A DNA stretch of 64,000 nt from contig DF237256.1 in NCBI GenBank assembly GCA_000708835.1, positions 43,856 to 107,855 of the forward strand, in the 5' to 3' direction. The position numbers were made by a program, and so were the translations under genes. The stretch comes from Klebsormidium nitens. Its lineage: Eukaryota > Plantae > Klebsormidiophyceae. Of this stretch, positions 50,688-63,720 are shown in pieces. Below the pieces are notes generated by a model, which saw nothing but the letters and a program-made list of their open reading frames with translations, was not told the origin of the DNA and did not search any database. Within the stretch, counting starts at the first letter, position 1. Every line of letters starts with the position of its first letter.

Positions 50688-52433
50688 ATGGTCGCAGCTG
50701 ACCAGAAAGCGGGCTCGGGCCTTTTGACGCCCATCGACAAGGAGGAGGACTTTGTCGAGAAGCTATGCAGTACTGGCATCAAAGGTGAGGACGCTTGTAG
50801 CTCACACACATTGTCTTTGGTTCAGGCGATGGTTTGCAAATTGAGAAGAGTCCTGGCAGGTCACGCACTGTGCCTTGCTGATAGCTAGTGCGCAAGTCCT
50901 TCAGTTCTGTCTGGTTAGTTTATGTCCAAACATCAAGCTTCTATTTTCTGAGGCGTTTGAGCATCTCACTCTCGAGATGTAACCAATAAAAGACAGGATC
51001 GACCAGATTCATGAAAACAGTGCTGACAGCCGGGTGACTTACTTTGATTATGCTGGATAGCCAGCGGTAAGAAATAAGATTACCTTGGTAAGCAAGTAAT
51101 CAGACTACCAGTTGAAGACATCTGTCTAAAGAAAGTGGAATGAAGCAGACCCAGCATGACAAGTCTGGATCAGATGGTCATGCCTCAGCTGAACCAGGAT
51201 GATGAGGGAAGCCACAGCCCATACTTACTAAGGAAGCTCTGATGTCAGCCAGCCTTTTGGATGGTGATTGGTGGTCAATCAGACACACTTATGCTTGTTG
51301 AAACTCTGGACTTTGCAGTTGTGGAGGTCTATTCGCCTTGGGTGGGCCCATGCGTAGCCATCCACCCCACCCTGAAACAGCTCAGGACCGTCCTCTCAGA
51401 CAACCCCAGCACTGCAGAAGTGTCTGTGGAGTTCCTCTCAGTAAGTGCCCAGCCAACATGTCTCCAGCTGCAGGTCTTCATACTAGGTCTGCATGATTTG
51501 ATAGCGCTTGGTCTGCTGTGGTCAAGAGCCCAAGGCTGGAGACATGGACATTTGCTGTTGGTTCCAAACCCCGCCTTAGCCTTCACACCTTCAATCGACA
51601 GCAGAAATCAATCGGACAAAGGTATTCTGGCCGTCGATGAGCGGTGGTAATCGGGGCAGGGCCAGATTTCAGGACGGGAGTCCATGTTCTCTGTCCTTGG
51701 GCTCTGTCAACTCACTGTCTCACCTATAGCAAGGGGCCCAAACGAGTAACAAAGGCGCTTTGGAAGTTTATTGATGACTCACATGGCTTCCCCGACCTGT
51801 CCGGTCGGGCCTTTGAGCGCGGCTGCCACTGTCATCTTGCAGGTACCCAGTGATCAGATTGCAGAGCTCGAGCAGTTCCAGGGGAAGTCGCAGCCTCACT
51901 TCCTTTTGTATCAGGTAAGTCGAACAACCATCTTTGAGGCCATCTTGAGCAGCCAGGTCGAGAACGTTCTAGATTGCCGTGCTCGAGGGTCTGGTGACTT
52001 CGAACCAACTAAGTGGCCTCTGACTTTTGCTTCGTGTGAAGGGCTTTCAAGATCACAGCGGACTGAGCACAGACCTTACAATCATCAAAGCAAATTCGGG
52101 GGGCTCAATGCTCCTTGTAAGAAGGATCTTTGCCGGTCAATGCTTGGCTCCGGTGCAAAAAGCTGGCAGGCTGCGCAGTGTTATCAAACGAGTTGTGTTG
52201 CGCGCACATTCTCCGTACTCGCCCTTAAACAAGTGTTCTCATACATTCTTCAGAACGGTCATCTGAAGGAGACGATTGATGGTGCGAATGCCCCGGCTCT
52301 GACAAAGTCGGTGACCTCTCTAGCTGCCGAAGCGGCTGATTCTCAGGAGAATCTAGACGACAATCCGAGGTTTGTTAAGAAGCGGGAAGAGCAGGTTGCG
52401 CGATACAATTCCGTAACAAAACCCTCTCAGTGA
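50688..52433 (+). CDS. Thioredoxin-like outer-arm dynein light chain, Chlamydomonas LC3-like
   Basis: Exons 50688-50784, 51319-51440, 51842-51914 and 52254-52433. Colinear with Chlamydomonas LC3 as recalled: EEDFVEKL, VEVYSPWVGPCVAIHPTLKQLR, VEFLSV, FQGKSQPHFLLYQNGHLKETIDGANAPAL, and the LC3-type tail ENLDDNPRFVKKREE. Confidence 0.8.
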
Positions 52434-54297
52434 TTCAACCTTCTGTGAGTTCTGCTTATGTCGGACCCCCTGTCGATCTTATCGGCTTATCGACAAAGAG
52501 CTGTGCCCTTCATAGTTTGTGCTGGCGACAGTAGGCACATATATATGCAAGGCCACGTTGACGTCAGCTAATTGCATGCGCTCACCTAGAAAAGGGTGCC
52601 TCTTGACTCATCAACCAGCGATCGTCTCTGCCGCTTACATATATGCAGTATCAAGGTCAGTTTTAGCGACTCGAGTTGCACATACAAGTGCAGGTTCCTG
52701 AACGTACTCGATTGTTTCGATCGTCCGGTTCGGCCTTGCAGGCAATCATGCAACAGAGAAATGCCAACAGCTAAAAAGTCACGAGGCTCGACGCGGTCAG
52801 AATTCTGGAATGTGTGAATCGTTTTCATCAGGAGTCAGGACGTGCATGGCGTGTCAGTTGCAATACATGCAACATCCAGATCAATCATCTTTCAGAGTGC
52901 GCAACGTGATTATTTGATTGCTGACAGTTTGAAGTCTACATCTATCATTCGATCCACACACGGACATCTTCATTGGCGTCTGCGTTTGCCGTAATTGGTG
53001 CACCAATAAGCTGAAGACTTTTTCAACCAAGTCACTCCAACGTACAGTGTTATTGCAATCGATTATGGACATACGCGCACGATAAGAGCCATGCCTGGCA
53101 TGATCGGCTTGCACATGATGAAGTTTTGAATGATAATGTTCATCTTACCTAGAGAGTACAACGTAAAACATGCACTTAGGATACTTTTACTACTCTAAGA
53201 GGAAGATGTATGTTCAAGCACTGATCATGTATCCTGTTCGATTGTTCTTGCTAGTTGGCTCGCACGCAGATTCAACAATTCGCAGACTCAACAGGGCGCA
53301 TGGTGCAGCTGCACCGTTGCCAGTGTATACCGTTGATACAGAAAGCTCTAGATACTGACATCAAGCCTTGCATGCTGAAATCTGACCAACCGCAGCGCCA
53401 AGGCCGTTACGTATCATTGCCATTCAATAGTGAGCATATCACGGCCAAGGTCAAGATATAAAGCTTGACAATCAGCCTTTCTCGAATGCAGAAATTCGAT
53501 ACGCAAGTGAGTGACAGAAACGTGTTTGACTTCTGCACAAATAGACGCCGTGTCTGACTTATCGACTTATAACTGCCACGTGATATTCACAATTCAACTA
53601 ACCTTACACGTTCACTATGAACTGCATCCAAGTCTGCTTAAGCACTATCTTAGGAGGCATCCTGACTACGGTATGCAAAGCACGGCTGGCAAAAATTCTT
53701 TCTCCAGCAGCAAAACAGACACAACTCAAAGCCTCCAACTTCAGCATGTAGGTGTTTCCAGATCACAATGCTATGTACGTAAGGCCGAGCTCCCCTCTCC
53801 GCAACCACCTTGTCGAGGCTGCACCTGAGTCCCACTCTTCTCGCACTGCTAGTCAGTGCTGCAGCCTTTGATACCTCTCTTCCTCCTTGTATAGGAGAAT
53901 CGAAGCCCGGCACTCTTCACGCAAGCTGGTCTCAAGCAAGTGCTCTGGCCACCGAAGCTTGCCCCAGACTTGTCACACATGCGTACCTCATTTGAAGACC
54001 GCACGCCTGAAACTTTCACAGGTAGTCTCCCGACCCGCTTCCGAACTCGGACCAGATCGGCATTACAACGCTTCAACCCCACAATGAGCCCCAACGTACC
54101 TCTTCCAAGTCCTTTGTCTCTTCCCGCCAAGCAAACCCCGCGACCTCTTCCTTTTCGCTCAATCCTCTTTTAAGGCCGCCCTATACCCAACATCATATCA
54201 ACACAACTCTTCAAACCTGTCATCCCTGCCCGTCAAAAAGCCCCACAGCGGAGACCCTTTCCTTCCGCCCCATTTTGACGCCAGACATTTGGACGCA

Positions 54298-57200
54298 TCA
54301 CGCGAGCGCCAGGCCCATACGAACAATCCTGGACGCCATTGCGGACAGCGACATTTTCCTGTCCAGATCCCCAACGCTGGCGCACCGTAGCGAGCCGTCC
54401 ATGTCGAGGAGCACGGGGCAGAGGCGCGAGCCGTCCACCCGCATCACCACCAGCCGCTTGCCCGACTCCTTTGCCAGCGCAAACAGCTTCAGCACGCCCG
54501 CACGCTCGGCCGCGCTGGCAGATTCAGGGAGAGGAGTTTAGCGACGGAGAACACTGAGTGTGATTGTCGAGCAAGAAGAGGAGGAACAGAGCGGAGCGCA
54601 AGCGTGCAGGTGATCCGACCGGTTGGAGCCGACAGGGAGCGCCGCTTCGAAACGCGGGTCCGATGCAGTCTGAGAAGTATATTGACAACAGCCAGAGCCA
54701 GCCTTTTGTCGTGAGCTTGGTTGTGCAGCAAGAAGCTTCAGAACTCTGCTGCGTGCAACACGCCTCTCCATAGTGCCTGTCCTCTGCTGATAGGGCAGAC
54801 TAACCAGCTGCAAGTCAAGCAAGCCGCATTCAAGCGAGCCGCATTCAATTGAGCGAAGCAAAGGACAACAGTAAGTATCAGGACCCAAGGCCGCGCGAAG
54901 GCCTGACTCGACTTGCCAAAAGCAAATAGAGAAATGCAAGCCGCCGTTTCTGGAGAAGCGACTTAAGGGCAGCGCTCAAAAGCTCCTTTATGCAACCGTT
55001 TGTTCTAGTCAAATGAAGCTTCTGCCGATGGAGCAGACTTGCGAACCATGCGCATCCCTCTACTCCGACGATATCATGAAGCTAGAACAGCGATAAAAAC
55101 GGACCTGCGTAGCGCTGAACTAACCTGCCGGGCCAGACGGTGGAGACGAAGACGAAGCCCTCCTTGGTCCTGGAGAAGGCCATGCCCATCTTGGCCCCCG
55201 GGTCCACCTGCACCTCCACCTGCATCTCCGCGACAGGGGCGTACCACAGCCGCACCGCGCGCATCACCGTGATGTCATCCGGCATTGCCCGGTGGTCCCG
55301 GTACCGCATGGGGATGGACACCTGGCACAGGAAAGGGGACGTGGCATCAGTGGGGTTCATTAGGTTGTACTTATAAGTCCAAAAGTGTTTAGGAAGAACG
55401 AAAGTTGAGGTCAAGGAAAGGACGATGCTACGATCTCAATCACTGCTTGAGAATCGTCCCAATGGAGGGAATTGGGAAAAGAAGCGTACTGCTCGAAGGC
55501 TGCGCGTTGAAGATGTGTTTGTTGGGCCTTATTTCGAAAGGGAACTGCTAGATTGGCACGGACGGTTTACATCGAGTGGGTGCAAGCGGATCTAACATCT
55601 TTCGAAAGTCCAATATGTTCTCACACTATATAGAACCATGGCCAACAATACTCACCAACGCCTTCCGTACGTATTATTCCAAACCATGCCGATTTACGAT
55701 TAAAGTAACGGTCTGGAACGGAGGTGAGCGGAATTTGCCTTACCTGGTAGGACCCCATGTTAACCAGGCTCTCGGCCATGGCGTCCTCCTTTTGGTTGGG
55801 CAGCGGGATGATCTCGGTCTGCACGTTGGTGAGCGTGATGGGCACGCCCGACTTCTGGGAGCTCGCAAACCAGGCCATCGCACGGTCCGTGGTATCGTGT
55901 ACGTCGACCAGCTGCAGCAGCGAGAACCTGGGTTAGGGTGCAAACCCAGGTCCAGGGTTCAAAACCCGAGTGTTCCAGGCGATATTGGAACCACAGGACT
56001 CTCGGTTTAAGCGACAGACTCGAGGCTCAAGGGAAGTGCCTCAGATGGTCGACTTTGTAACCCTGACTTCAACCCAGACACTCAGGGCTCCGAGGTTCAC
56101 TAGCTGACGATTCCTAGACTCACAACTCCAACAGCTTTGACGGGCGCCTTAATCGATTGACGACCCTAGGGCGTCTGTTAAATTCTGCTCAACTTCTTGT
56201 TCGCTACCGTTGGTGACTACATCAAGTCCTGTGGTGTTACAAACAGAGTTGCTTTGCATTGCTGGCAATTTCCAGTCTCCACTTTCAGGGCCTTCCTTTG
56301 CTTCGAAGAGCCCGAACTCCCTCGTGAAGGAAAGAGGAAACATACGACGAATATCGAGTCACGGTACTTTGTTTAAAAGGAAGACCTGGATGACAAGCCC
56401 CAGGAAGAGAACTTCAGTGAACGAAGCAGACACAGGACGAATATATTGGCCTGCATCGCATCTATCTGGCCCGCTTCTAAAGACTTGCACGTGACGTCTT
56501 GAAGGACGAAGATGCCAAAGCGGGCTGGCCCCCCACTCGCCCCTGACCGTGCAACAAGAAAATGCAAAGCAGCGAAAAGATGTTCCACTCACGTCCATCA
56601 TCTTGACCCTGCGCGGCATGACCACAATTGAATACATCGTCATCGGCAGCGCCCCCGGCCCCAGGTCCTCCGCCTCGATCGGGCTCGCAATCGAATCCGT
56701 CCGGATGCGGAAGTCCTCGAGCTCGCTGCTGGCACTGAGGCGCACTCCGTTGCCCCCGCCCTTGGTGCTGCCCTTGAGCTGGCGCTCCGACTCTTTGGCC
56801 AGCGACAGCCAGTTTTTTTGCGTGTTCTCCTGCAACACCGCGTTGGCCAGCGTCGTCTTGCCCTGCAGCTTCGACGTCTTCAGCTCCGCAACCACATCCA
56901 CCTGCGAGAAAGGGAGACAAGACAAGGATTGCCGATTTACCTTCATGGTCATGTGCGGGGAGCCTCAATCTGGGATCATGAGAAGCGTGCGGCGCAGAGA
57001 AAGGGAAACAAAGCTCGGGCATACACTTTTCTTGACATGAACACGCGCTCAGAGAAACATATGGACAGTGAGTGGGGACAGGAGAGAGGGGAGATGGCAA
57101 ATGCTGTCGTGAAAATTGATGCCATTTGCTGGGCGCACTATTTTAGGTCGTCAACTGATTGATTGGCGTTTTTCTTCATTGGCCTCAGGTGACCTTGGCA

Positions 57201-58728
57201 CTCCGCTGAGGTGTAAGGCCATATGCTCACTTCAATTGTTCCCTTGTGCGGCGATATTAACTGCATCCTTGAGCCCTAAACTCCTGTAGCATCCTCTGCG
57301 TTTAGAGTGGGTGCAAAGCGGTGACTAGACTGACACGTCTTCATTGTGACTTGAGCAGAATCCAAAAGCAGTATCGCCCCAACCTGGCCATTTCAGCTAT
57401 GCCAGTCACACAGTCACATTGACATTCTTCTGTCAAAGTTGGTAAACGTGATGCTTGAACTAAACCAGACTACAGGACAGCAGTTAACAACCATGCCTGT
57501 CCGACAAGCAACATACCAGGAGCGACCGGTAGCCAAAGTAGGCTAAGTCAAACCACATCAAACCATGTAAAACTGAGCCTTTGGGGGGACCCGGGCTTTC
57601 AATCAACTTTGGGCAAGTCACAAAAGTCGCTAGGGGACAACTGAACGCTCCAAGCCAGACCACTCGAGTTTCAGCACAACAGCTCCAGCCACTGTTTTGC
57701 TAGGGCTCCAGTTGAGTGGGCATTTACAAAGTCCTGTGCCGTCAAAATTGCAGAGACGCTCAGAAGCGATGTCATTTGAAAGACAACAAGAATGGACGCC
57801 CCCTTCAAAGACAGGGCATATGTGCTGATATGTATAGAGCCGTCCAGCAAACCGGCATACTCGGTGCCGGTGATCCTCATTGCTTCGACCGTTGCCCTAC
57901 TTGTACTTCCCTGCCCTGGGCTTGCTGCTACTTACCTCGTCCATGAGCCTCTCTACCCGCAATTCTACCACCCCTTCCTTTGCATACTTTTTGAGCTCCT
58001 TGTTGACAGCCTGCGGGCAGAAAACGTTTCAGTCAACGCTTGAAAAGCATGCTCGGGTGCATGATCATATGAAGTCTTTCATAGGCGACTCAGAAGGTCA
58101 TCCCGGGGTTAAATGAGACTGGTTAGGGTTAAGCCAAAGACTTCAGGTTAACTGGCAGACTTCATTTTAAAGGGCGTATGGTGTCATCCTCGGACAGTCT
58201 GTTCTGAAAACTTGATGGCTGGCAAGGTAATATTGACAGCCATTCCTTTGCCTTTGCAATGCTGAGACCCTTTCATTGTCTTCCAGGGGAGCTCTTTGTG
58301 CAATTTGAGAGCTGCCCTGGCATAAGAAAATGCCCCCTAACCACTTTGCTAGTCCGAAAGTCCCCCCTGACAGTGCATGGCATGAGAGAAGCAACAACTG
58401 GCGTCATTGCACCAAGTTCCTTGTTGAGTACGGCACTGCCAAGCAGAATGACAGGCCAGGACGGCCCAGCATTGAGCACCTGAATGAAATTACCAACTCA
58501 GCTCTTAATGAGAACCGCACCAAAAGACACGACAAAACGAATAATAGTGAATATATTACCCACCTGCACCCCTCCGGGGAAAGGCCATTCCAGGGAGTCC
58601 TTGGCATCCTCGGGGCCTATTCTCACAATGACGTCCCCTGGCCTCAGCCGGCTGGCCCCCGCTGCCCCAGGAAGCTCCCAGCCTTTGCTTTCAAGCACCC
58701 CTACTACGAGGGAGTTTTCAGAGCTCAT
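54298..58728 (-). CDS. Conserved uncharacterised plant-family protein with PDZ-like modules
   Basis: Exons about 58728-58565 (..RLRPGDVIVRIG..WPFPGGVQ), 58010-57936 (AVNKELKKYAKEGVVELRVERLMDE), from 56901 (VDVVAELK..MYSIVVMP), about 55920-55770 (DRAMAWFASSQKSGVPITLTNVQTE), about 55321-55125 (MRAVRLWYAP..GMAFSRTKEGFVFVSTV) and 54514-54298. These motifs match an uncharacterised land-plant family I recall (RANAWL.ASQ.SGVPIVFMNIQTE, RAVRLWYAP, GFAISRTEEGFIYIS). The N-terminus may extend to 59412. Confidence 0.72.
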
Positions 58729-59859
58729 CTCTGGAGAGGCAAAGTACCTCCAACAACCTAAGTGGTACTGAGCAGTTCTTCGACGAGGTGTTTGAAGTAC
58801 GGAAATATGTTCTAGCAGCCAAAGAGCGCACTTTCAAACAGATGTGGAAAGTCAGATACTCTCAAGCCTCGCATGAGTTTAGCACCCCTATCATGAGGGA
58901 ATAATGGCGTTTCTAAACCCGGGGAAACCTTTAAAAAGCTCAGCAATGCCCTCCAAAACCTGTATTGCTGAGAACGGACCGCCTAGATGTGGAATGTATG
59001 CCCGCCCACCCCAATGTGGATTTCCAGATAATGATGGATGATGGAAGCAGCTGCACAGAGCGCCCTTGGACACTACTTCCAGGTCTACAACACGCTTTGA
59101 AGCTGCTGAGAGTGAGACACCATACGAGGCTGTACTGTTTACAGCATGCTTCTTGAAGACTCGTGAAAGGATGCCCTCGCTTCTCTTTCCACCTGACACA
59201 AAGGTTGCCGCAATCTCCGCACACCCGGGTCGGATAAGGCAAGCTGGTCCGCGTTCACACCAAGGAGCGGAGCTGCTCGTTAAAACTGGGTCAGTAGATC
59301 CTCCGGGGTCCAACTCCGTGGTCACTGGGGCAACGCAGCAACCGGGATCTATGCTTGGCTGAGAATTGGGTTGTGCTGGTTCCTCGAAGTGCCAAACGGC
59401 GCCCTCAATCATGCCTTGATGTGCGCTGAGCCAGGAACAGCCTGTCGCGGACTGAATCTCTGTGCCCTTTTCTCAGACCCCCACCCAAGAAGTCTTCGAG
59501 ATAATGACGGCTATCGTCGCGTTCAAGTCTAAAGCGTAGCATCTGAACCGTCGATCTTGACAACCAATCCTTGCAAGTTCTTAGGTGGGGTACGGAGCAG
59601 AAACACCATCTTGCCTAAATGGGAAGAAGGCTCCTGAAAATTGAAGTGGTGATCGCGAACGTAGAATTTTAATTGCAGAGTTTGCAGCAAAGGTTGCCGC
59701 TACCGCCACCCGCAACTTCGTGCGCTGGCGCCACACGGCCCACAGTAGTCTGAGTAGAGCTTCCTCTTTGGACTTTGCTGGATTTCAGGTTGGGGCTGAA
59801 GGTTCCTTCTTGAGGTAAGCTCAAGGGATCCGCTTCCAGGTGATCCCAATCTGCTAGTG

Positions 59860-61559
59860 ATGGCGGTGCCAGATTACAAGAAGCTGAAGGTTCAGGAGTT
59901 GAAGGATGAGCTGGCAAAAAGGGGTCTGGCTGTTGATGGGTTGAAAGCTATGCTGGTTGAGCGATTGGAGGCTGCGGATAAAGAGTCTGAGAGTGACAAG
60001 GTGGCACAGGGAGGGAGTGCCGAAGCGCCTCCTTCTAAGCAGAGCTCTGATCCTATGCCGGTAAGTTCTCTTAACTGGATGTTTGCATGTTATCCAGGCA
60101 TCATATCCAGGCATGATTTGGTCGAGGCCTTTGCTTTCTCCTTCTCTAATCATGCTGGATTGCTCAGAGCTTTGTCAGTATGCAACGTAGTCTGAGCAAT
60201 CTCAGAATGGTGTTTGCCCAGGCTCTTGTTTGCCTTCTGCGGTATTTGCCATTAAGCTCTGTTATTGCTACCGGTTGAATTTTTAATAAGTTTGGTCTGA
60301 GATTATTCAAAAGTTATCAGTGTCCGTGGTAAGCTGCTGGGTGAGAAGTTCTGCGTTACTGTTTGGTCTCAAAGGTTTATCCGCACTGTTGATGCTGCAA
60401 ATAGAGGACAGGTCCAAAAGTACTTTTCTGCTTGCAGGCGACCACTAATCAGGCTGCATCAGAAGGGGGGCAGGCAGAGGGTTTGTCATTGGAAACACCG
60501 GCAGCAAAGGCTGCAGCTCCGGGGCCCGCGGCTACAGCGCCCTCGGCAATTGACAAGAAGAAGCAACGTGCAGAGCGGTTTGGTGTGCCCGTGGCTCTGT
60601 CCGATGAAGAGAAGCTGAAGCTTAGAGCTGAAAGGTGCGATTGTCGTCTTTGTCAAGTGTCACACTTTTGTTGTCCGTTACTTTGGTCATTGCAGCACCG
60701 CACCTTATAAGAGGAAGCATGATTTGTGGTATTCATGCATATCATTGGTGACTCACCTCTACGAGCTGGCTTTGATCTGACACTTCTTGTCTGTTCGTCC
60801 ATCAGGTTTGGCATCCAGAAGGCCGGTGGTGCAAACACTGGTAAAGCTGATGGTGCGAAGGGTGCTAATGGAGTAGCGAAGAGTGCCCCCTCTGAGGAGG
60901 ACATTGCCAAGAAGAAAGCGAGAGCTGAACGGTATGCTTCTTCAACAACCTGCTGTGGTCCTTCTAGGGCGGTTACCCTCTGATCCGGATATACAATGCC
61001 TGCAGAAGGGCTTCAGCTTGTGAGGGGACATGCTCTGTCAGGGTTATCCATCTGCTGAAGTTGCGCTTTAACCAGGCCCCTCGTATTGTTACAGCATCTT
61101 TCTTGAGACGTGTGGTTGTCCTCGGACAGGTTTGGCATACCAGTGGCTGCAGAGAACGGAGCTTCGAAGGGTACGGCGGATCCAGATGCTGATGAGAAGA
61201 AGAAGAAGAGAGCAGAGAGGTATGTTTCATCACCAGTGCCGCAATTTGCAACTTGCATGTGCTTCTTATTGAAAAGGGCACAAATGCATTCTCTAGGTTT
61301 AGCAGTGGTAATTTTTATCAGTATCATAGTGACCAGAGACCAGACCATTTGCCTAATCCATTTGAAGTAGGGACCAGAGACAGATTTTGTGCTTTTGCTT
61401 GCATGAACGCATACTCCGAACCGCGTAGCTCGGCGATGTGGAGTTGCTTGAACGTATTTTGTCTTGCAGAGCTTGATTTCAAGTTGCATGTGCAGGTTTG
61501 CATCAGAGGACGAACAGAAAAAGAAGGCCAGGGCGGAGCGCTTCGCCACCGCGAGTTGA
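59860..61559 (+). CDS. MOS11: SAP-domain mRNA export factor SARNP/Tho1/MOS11-like
   Basis: SAP domain YKKLKVQELKDELAKRGLAVDGLKAMLVERL, followed by five R-A-E-R-F-(G/A) repeats. Exons 59860-60060, 60438-60634, 60806-60931, 61130-61219, 61496-61559. Confidence 0.87.
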
Positions 61560-63720
61560 GGGAAGGGAAGGGAAGGGGGCCGGCGGTCCTTGGGGGAACG
61601 GGCCCCTTTCAAGGGCTGGGGTTGGGGGTGTGAGAGCATGTTCAATGCAGGAGAGGGTCTGAGAGAGTCAGGGGATATGTCACGAATTTCCCTGGGAGAA
61701 GGCAGGCGAGTTACTGTTTGGATGATCCAACGATAGCAGGAGTTTACAGAAGCAGAAAGAGGCACGAGCGCTGATCAGCAGCTGTGGGTCGAACTTAGCG
61801 CAAGTTGGTGCAGGTTCGGGGAAGATGATTGGCAGACTCTGGCGGCACTGTTTGCAGCTGGTCCAAGGGTAGGTTGGTGGCTCAGAAAGCGTCAAGCAGG
61901 CAGGTGCGGAAGAGGAGCGTCTGACAACAGGCTGGAGAAATCTGAAGAGGGGTTGCCACCTAGAGCTGAGGGCCGGAGCCTGTCAAAAGGACTTGACCAT
62001 TGGGTCAAGCAACACCCCTGGTCGGATTGCTACTTGGTAGGAGAGGGTGGGGAGGGATGGCAGACAAGTAGGCGGTTGAGTTCATCACCTGAGATTTGGA
62101 AGGCACTTGGAAGCGCTGTTCAATGCGGGGGACGAAGAGGGGCAAGGTTGATCTGCGGGCACGTGCAAATGTTAGTTGCTGCACCGGTGGGGGCTTGTTG
62201 AGGGGAGTCGCTGGAGGGGGAGGGCTAAGCTGAGGGTTTGACGTGTGCTGCGTGTTCCGGTGAGTAGTTTAGAGCAGGTCGGATTGGGTAGGTAAAATTC
62301 TCCGGAAGGAGAGCAGAAACTGAGGCCTCCCAGGCTACGGGCGAAGGAGAGCGCAGCAGATGAAGGGGAGACGTTGTCTCGCGTCTCGAGCAAGAAGGAG
62401 CAGAGGGAAAGCAGACTGAAACGACGGGCCTCCTGGGACACTGAATTTCAGAGGCAGAGTCCCTAAGCGGCTCCGGCTGCAATGAGGACAAAGTTCGGAA
62501 AGCAATAGGGGAGTCTTGGAGGGGGTGGTTGCAACATGCAGTCACGCTTTTGCGACTGTTTGATGGGGAAGGAGAGACCTTCGGCTCAAAGGTGCTGCAT
62601 GGCAACGTGGAAGGGGTTGGCGGAGAAGAGGGGAGAGAAAGCGGTTCTGGTAAAGGGAGCCGGGAAATTCTTGTCCTGGGAGGGGGTAGGGCTGCCTTCT
62701 TTCGAGGTTAATATTAGTAGTTTGGTAGAGGCCAGGTAGTCAGCATGGGCGCCACTTGGTAGAGGATGCGGGAAGAGGGGTTGCGGGGGAGGAGGGTCTG
62801 CTCCCAACAAACATCAGGATAAGCGCAACGGCTGGCAGGTGTCCAAAAGCTCTCGGTCGCTGGCTCAGTCGTCTTGCAAGTTCGTCTGACTGCTTCTATC
62901 TTGCTGGTCATTCTGCTTTGTTCCTGCACTTCTTTTTGCCTACCAGGATATCCGGCTTTGGCGTGCTTTGGCGTGCTTGAGGTGAGTTAAAATCTGCTTG
63001 TTTGATCCTTGCAAGATGCGTTGCTTTCTACACAGTATTTCTAGCCGTTCGAGATCCTTCCTTGTTTTGCAATATCTCAAAGAGCAATCTCGTGGCAGTG
63101 AGCTTTTGGACACCTGTCAGCCAAGCAAAGCTTTTGTGGGGATACCGGGGTCACTTGAACTCGCTGGGCTAGAGGGCACTGTAGCTCGAAATTTCCAAAA
63201 CTGTTTCGCTTATGCCAAACCTTCAATCTAAATGTGCTACATGCGAAACGACTACGTTTGGAGTCTTCAATCTTTTACATGTGCACATAAGTTGCCGGCA
63301 TGAGGATCTGGCATGCCTCTCAACACACGCGCTTCTAGATCTTCAGTTGTGAGATTCAACTAAGGGACCACCACGGCGCGGGCCTCAAACAAAGCCCTTT
63401 CCAAATCGACGTTGCATTTTGCCGTTACGTGTGGGCGCGCATATCAAGGCCAAGTTCATGTATTGTTCGAGGTGCACCATGCACTTCAAGAATCGGGAAC
63501 ATGCATCCCCTTCACTGATCGTGACTTCAAACTAGTTTCAGCACGATTCTGACATGTTAACCGGTGATGGAATGCATGATGGATCGGTGGCGGTTGCGGC
63601 CTGCTAGAGGCGCCATGCGGGGCTCATGAGAAGCGCGCGCAATCACTGATTGTCCCCTTGAAGGCTACCTTCTTTAACCGGACGACCATATAAGTTTCTC
63701 TTATACGATACGATCGGCCT

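Noticed and set aside
51195-51245. ATGATGA..CTGA pair in LC3 intron 1 as a possible C/D snoRNA
   Set aside because: Only about 45 nt long, with no terminal stem or evident rRNA guide.
57231-57266. Alternative first exon MQLISPHKGTIE for the PDZ-like gene
   Set aside because: Exon 58010-57936 splices in frame and matches the family much better, so this is at most a minor alternative.
61560-62950. Purine/G-rich stretch with several short ORFs after the SARNP gene (a similar C/T-rich stretch lies at 53700-54290)
   Set aside because: Both lie directly after stop codons and look like long 3' UTRs. No LTR, RT or coherent coding signal was found.
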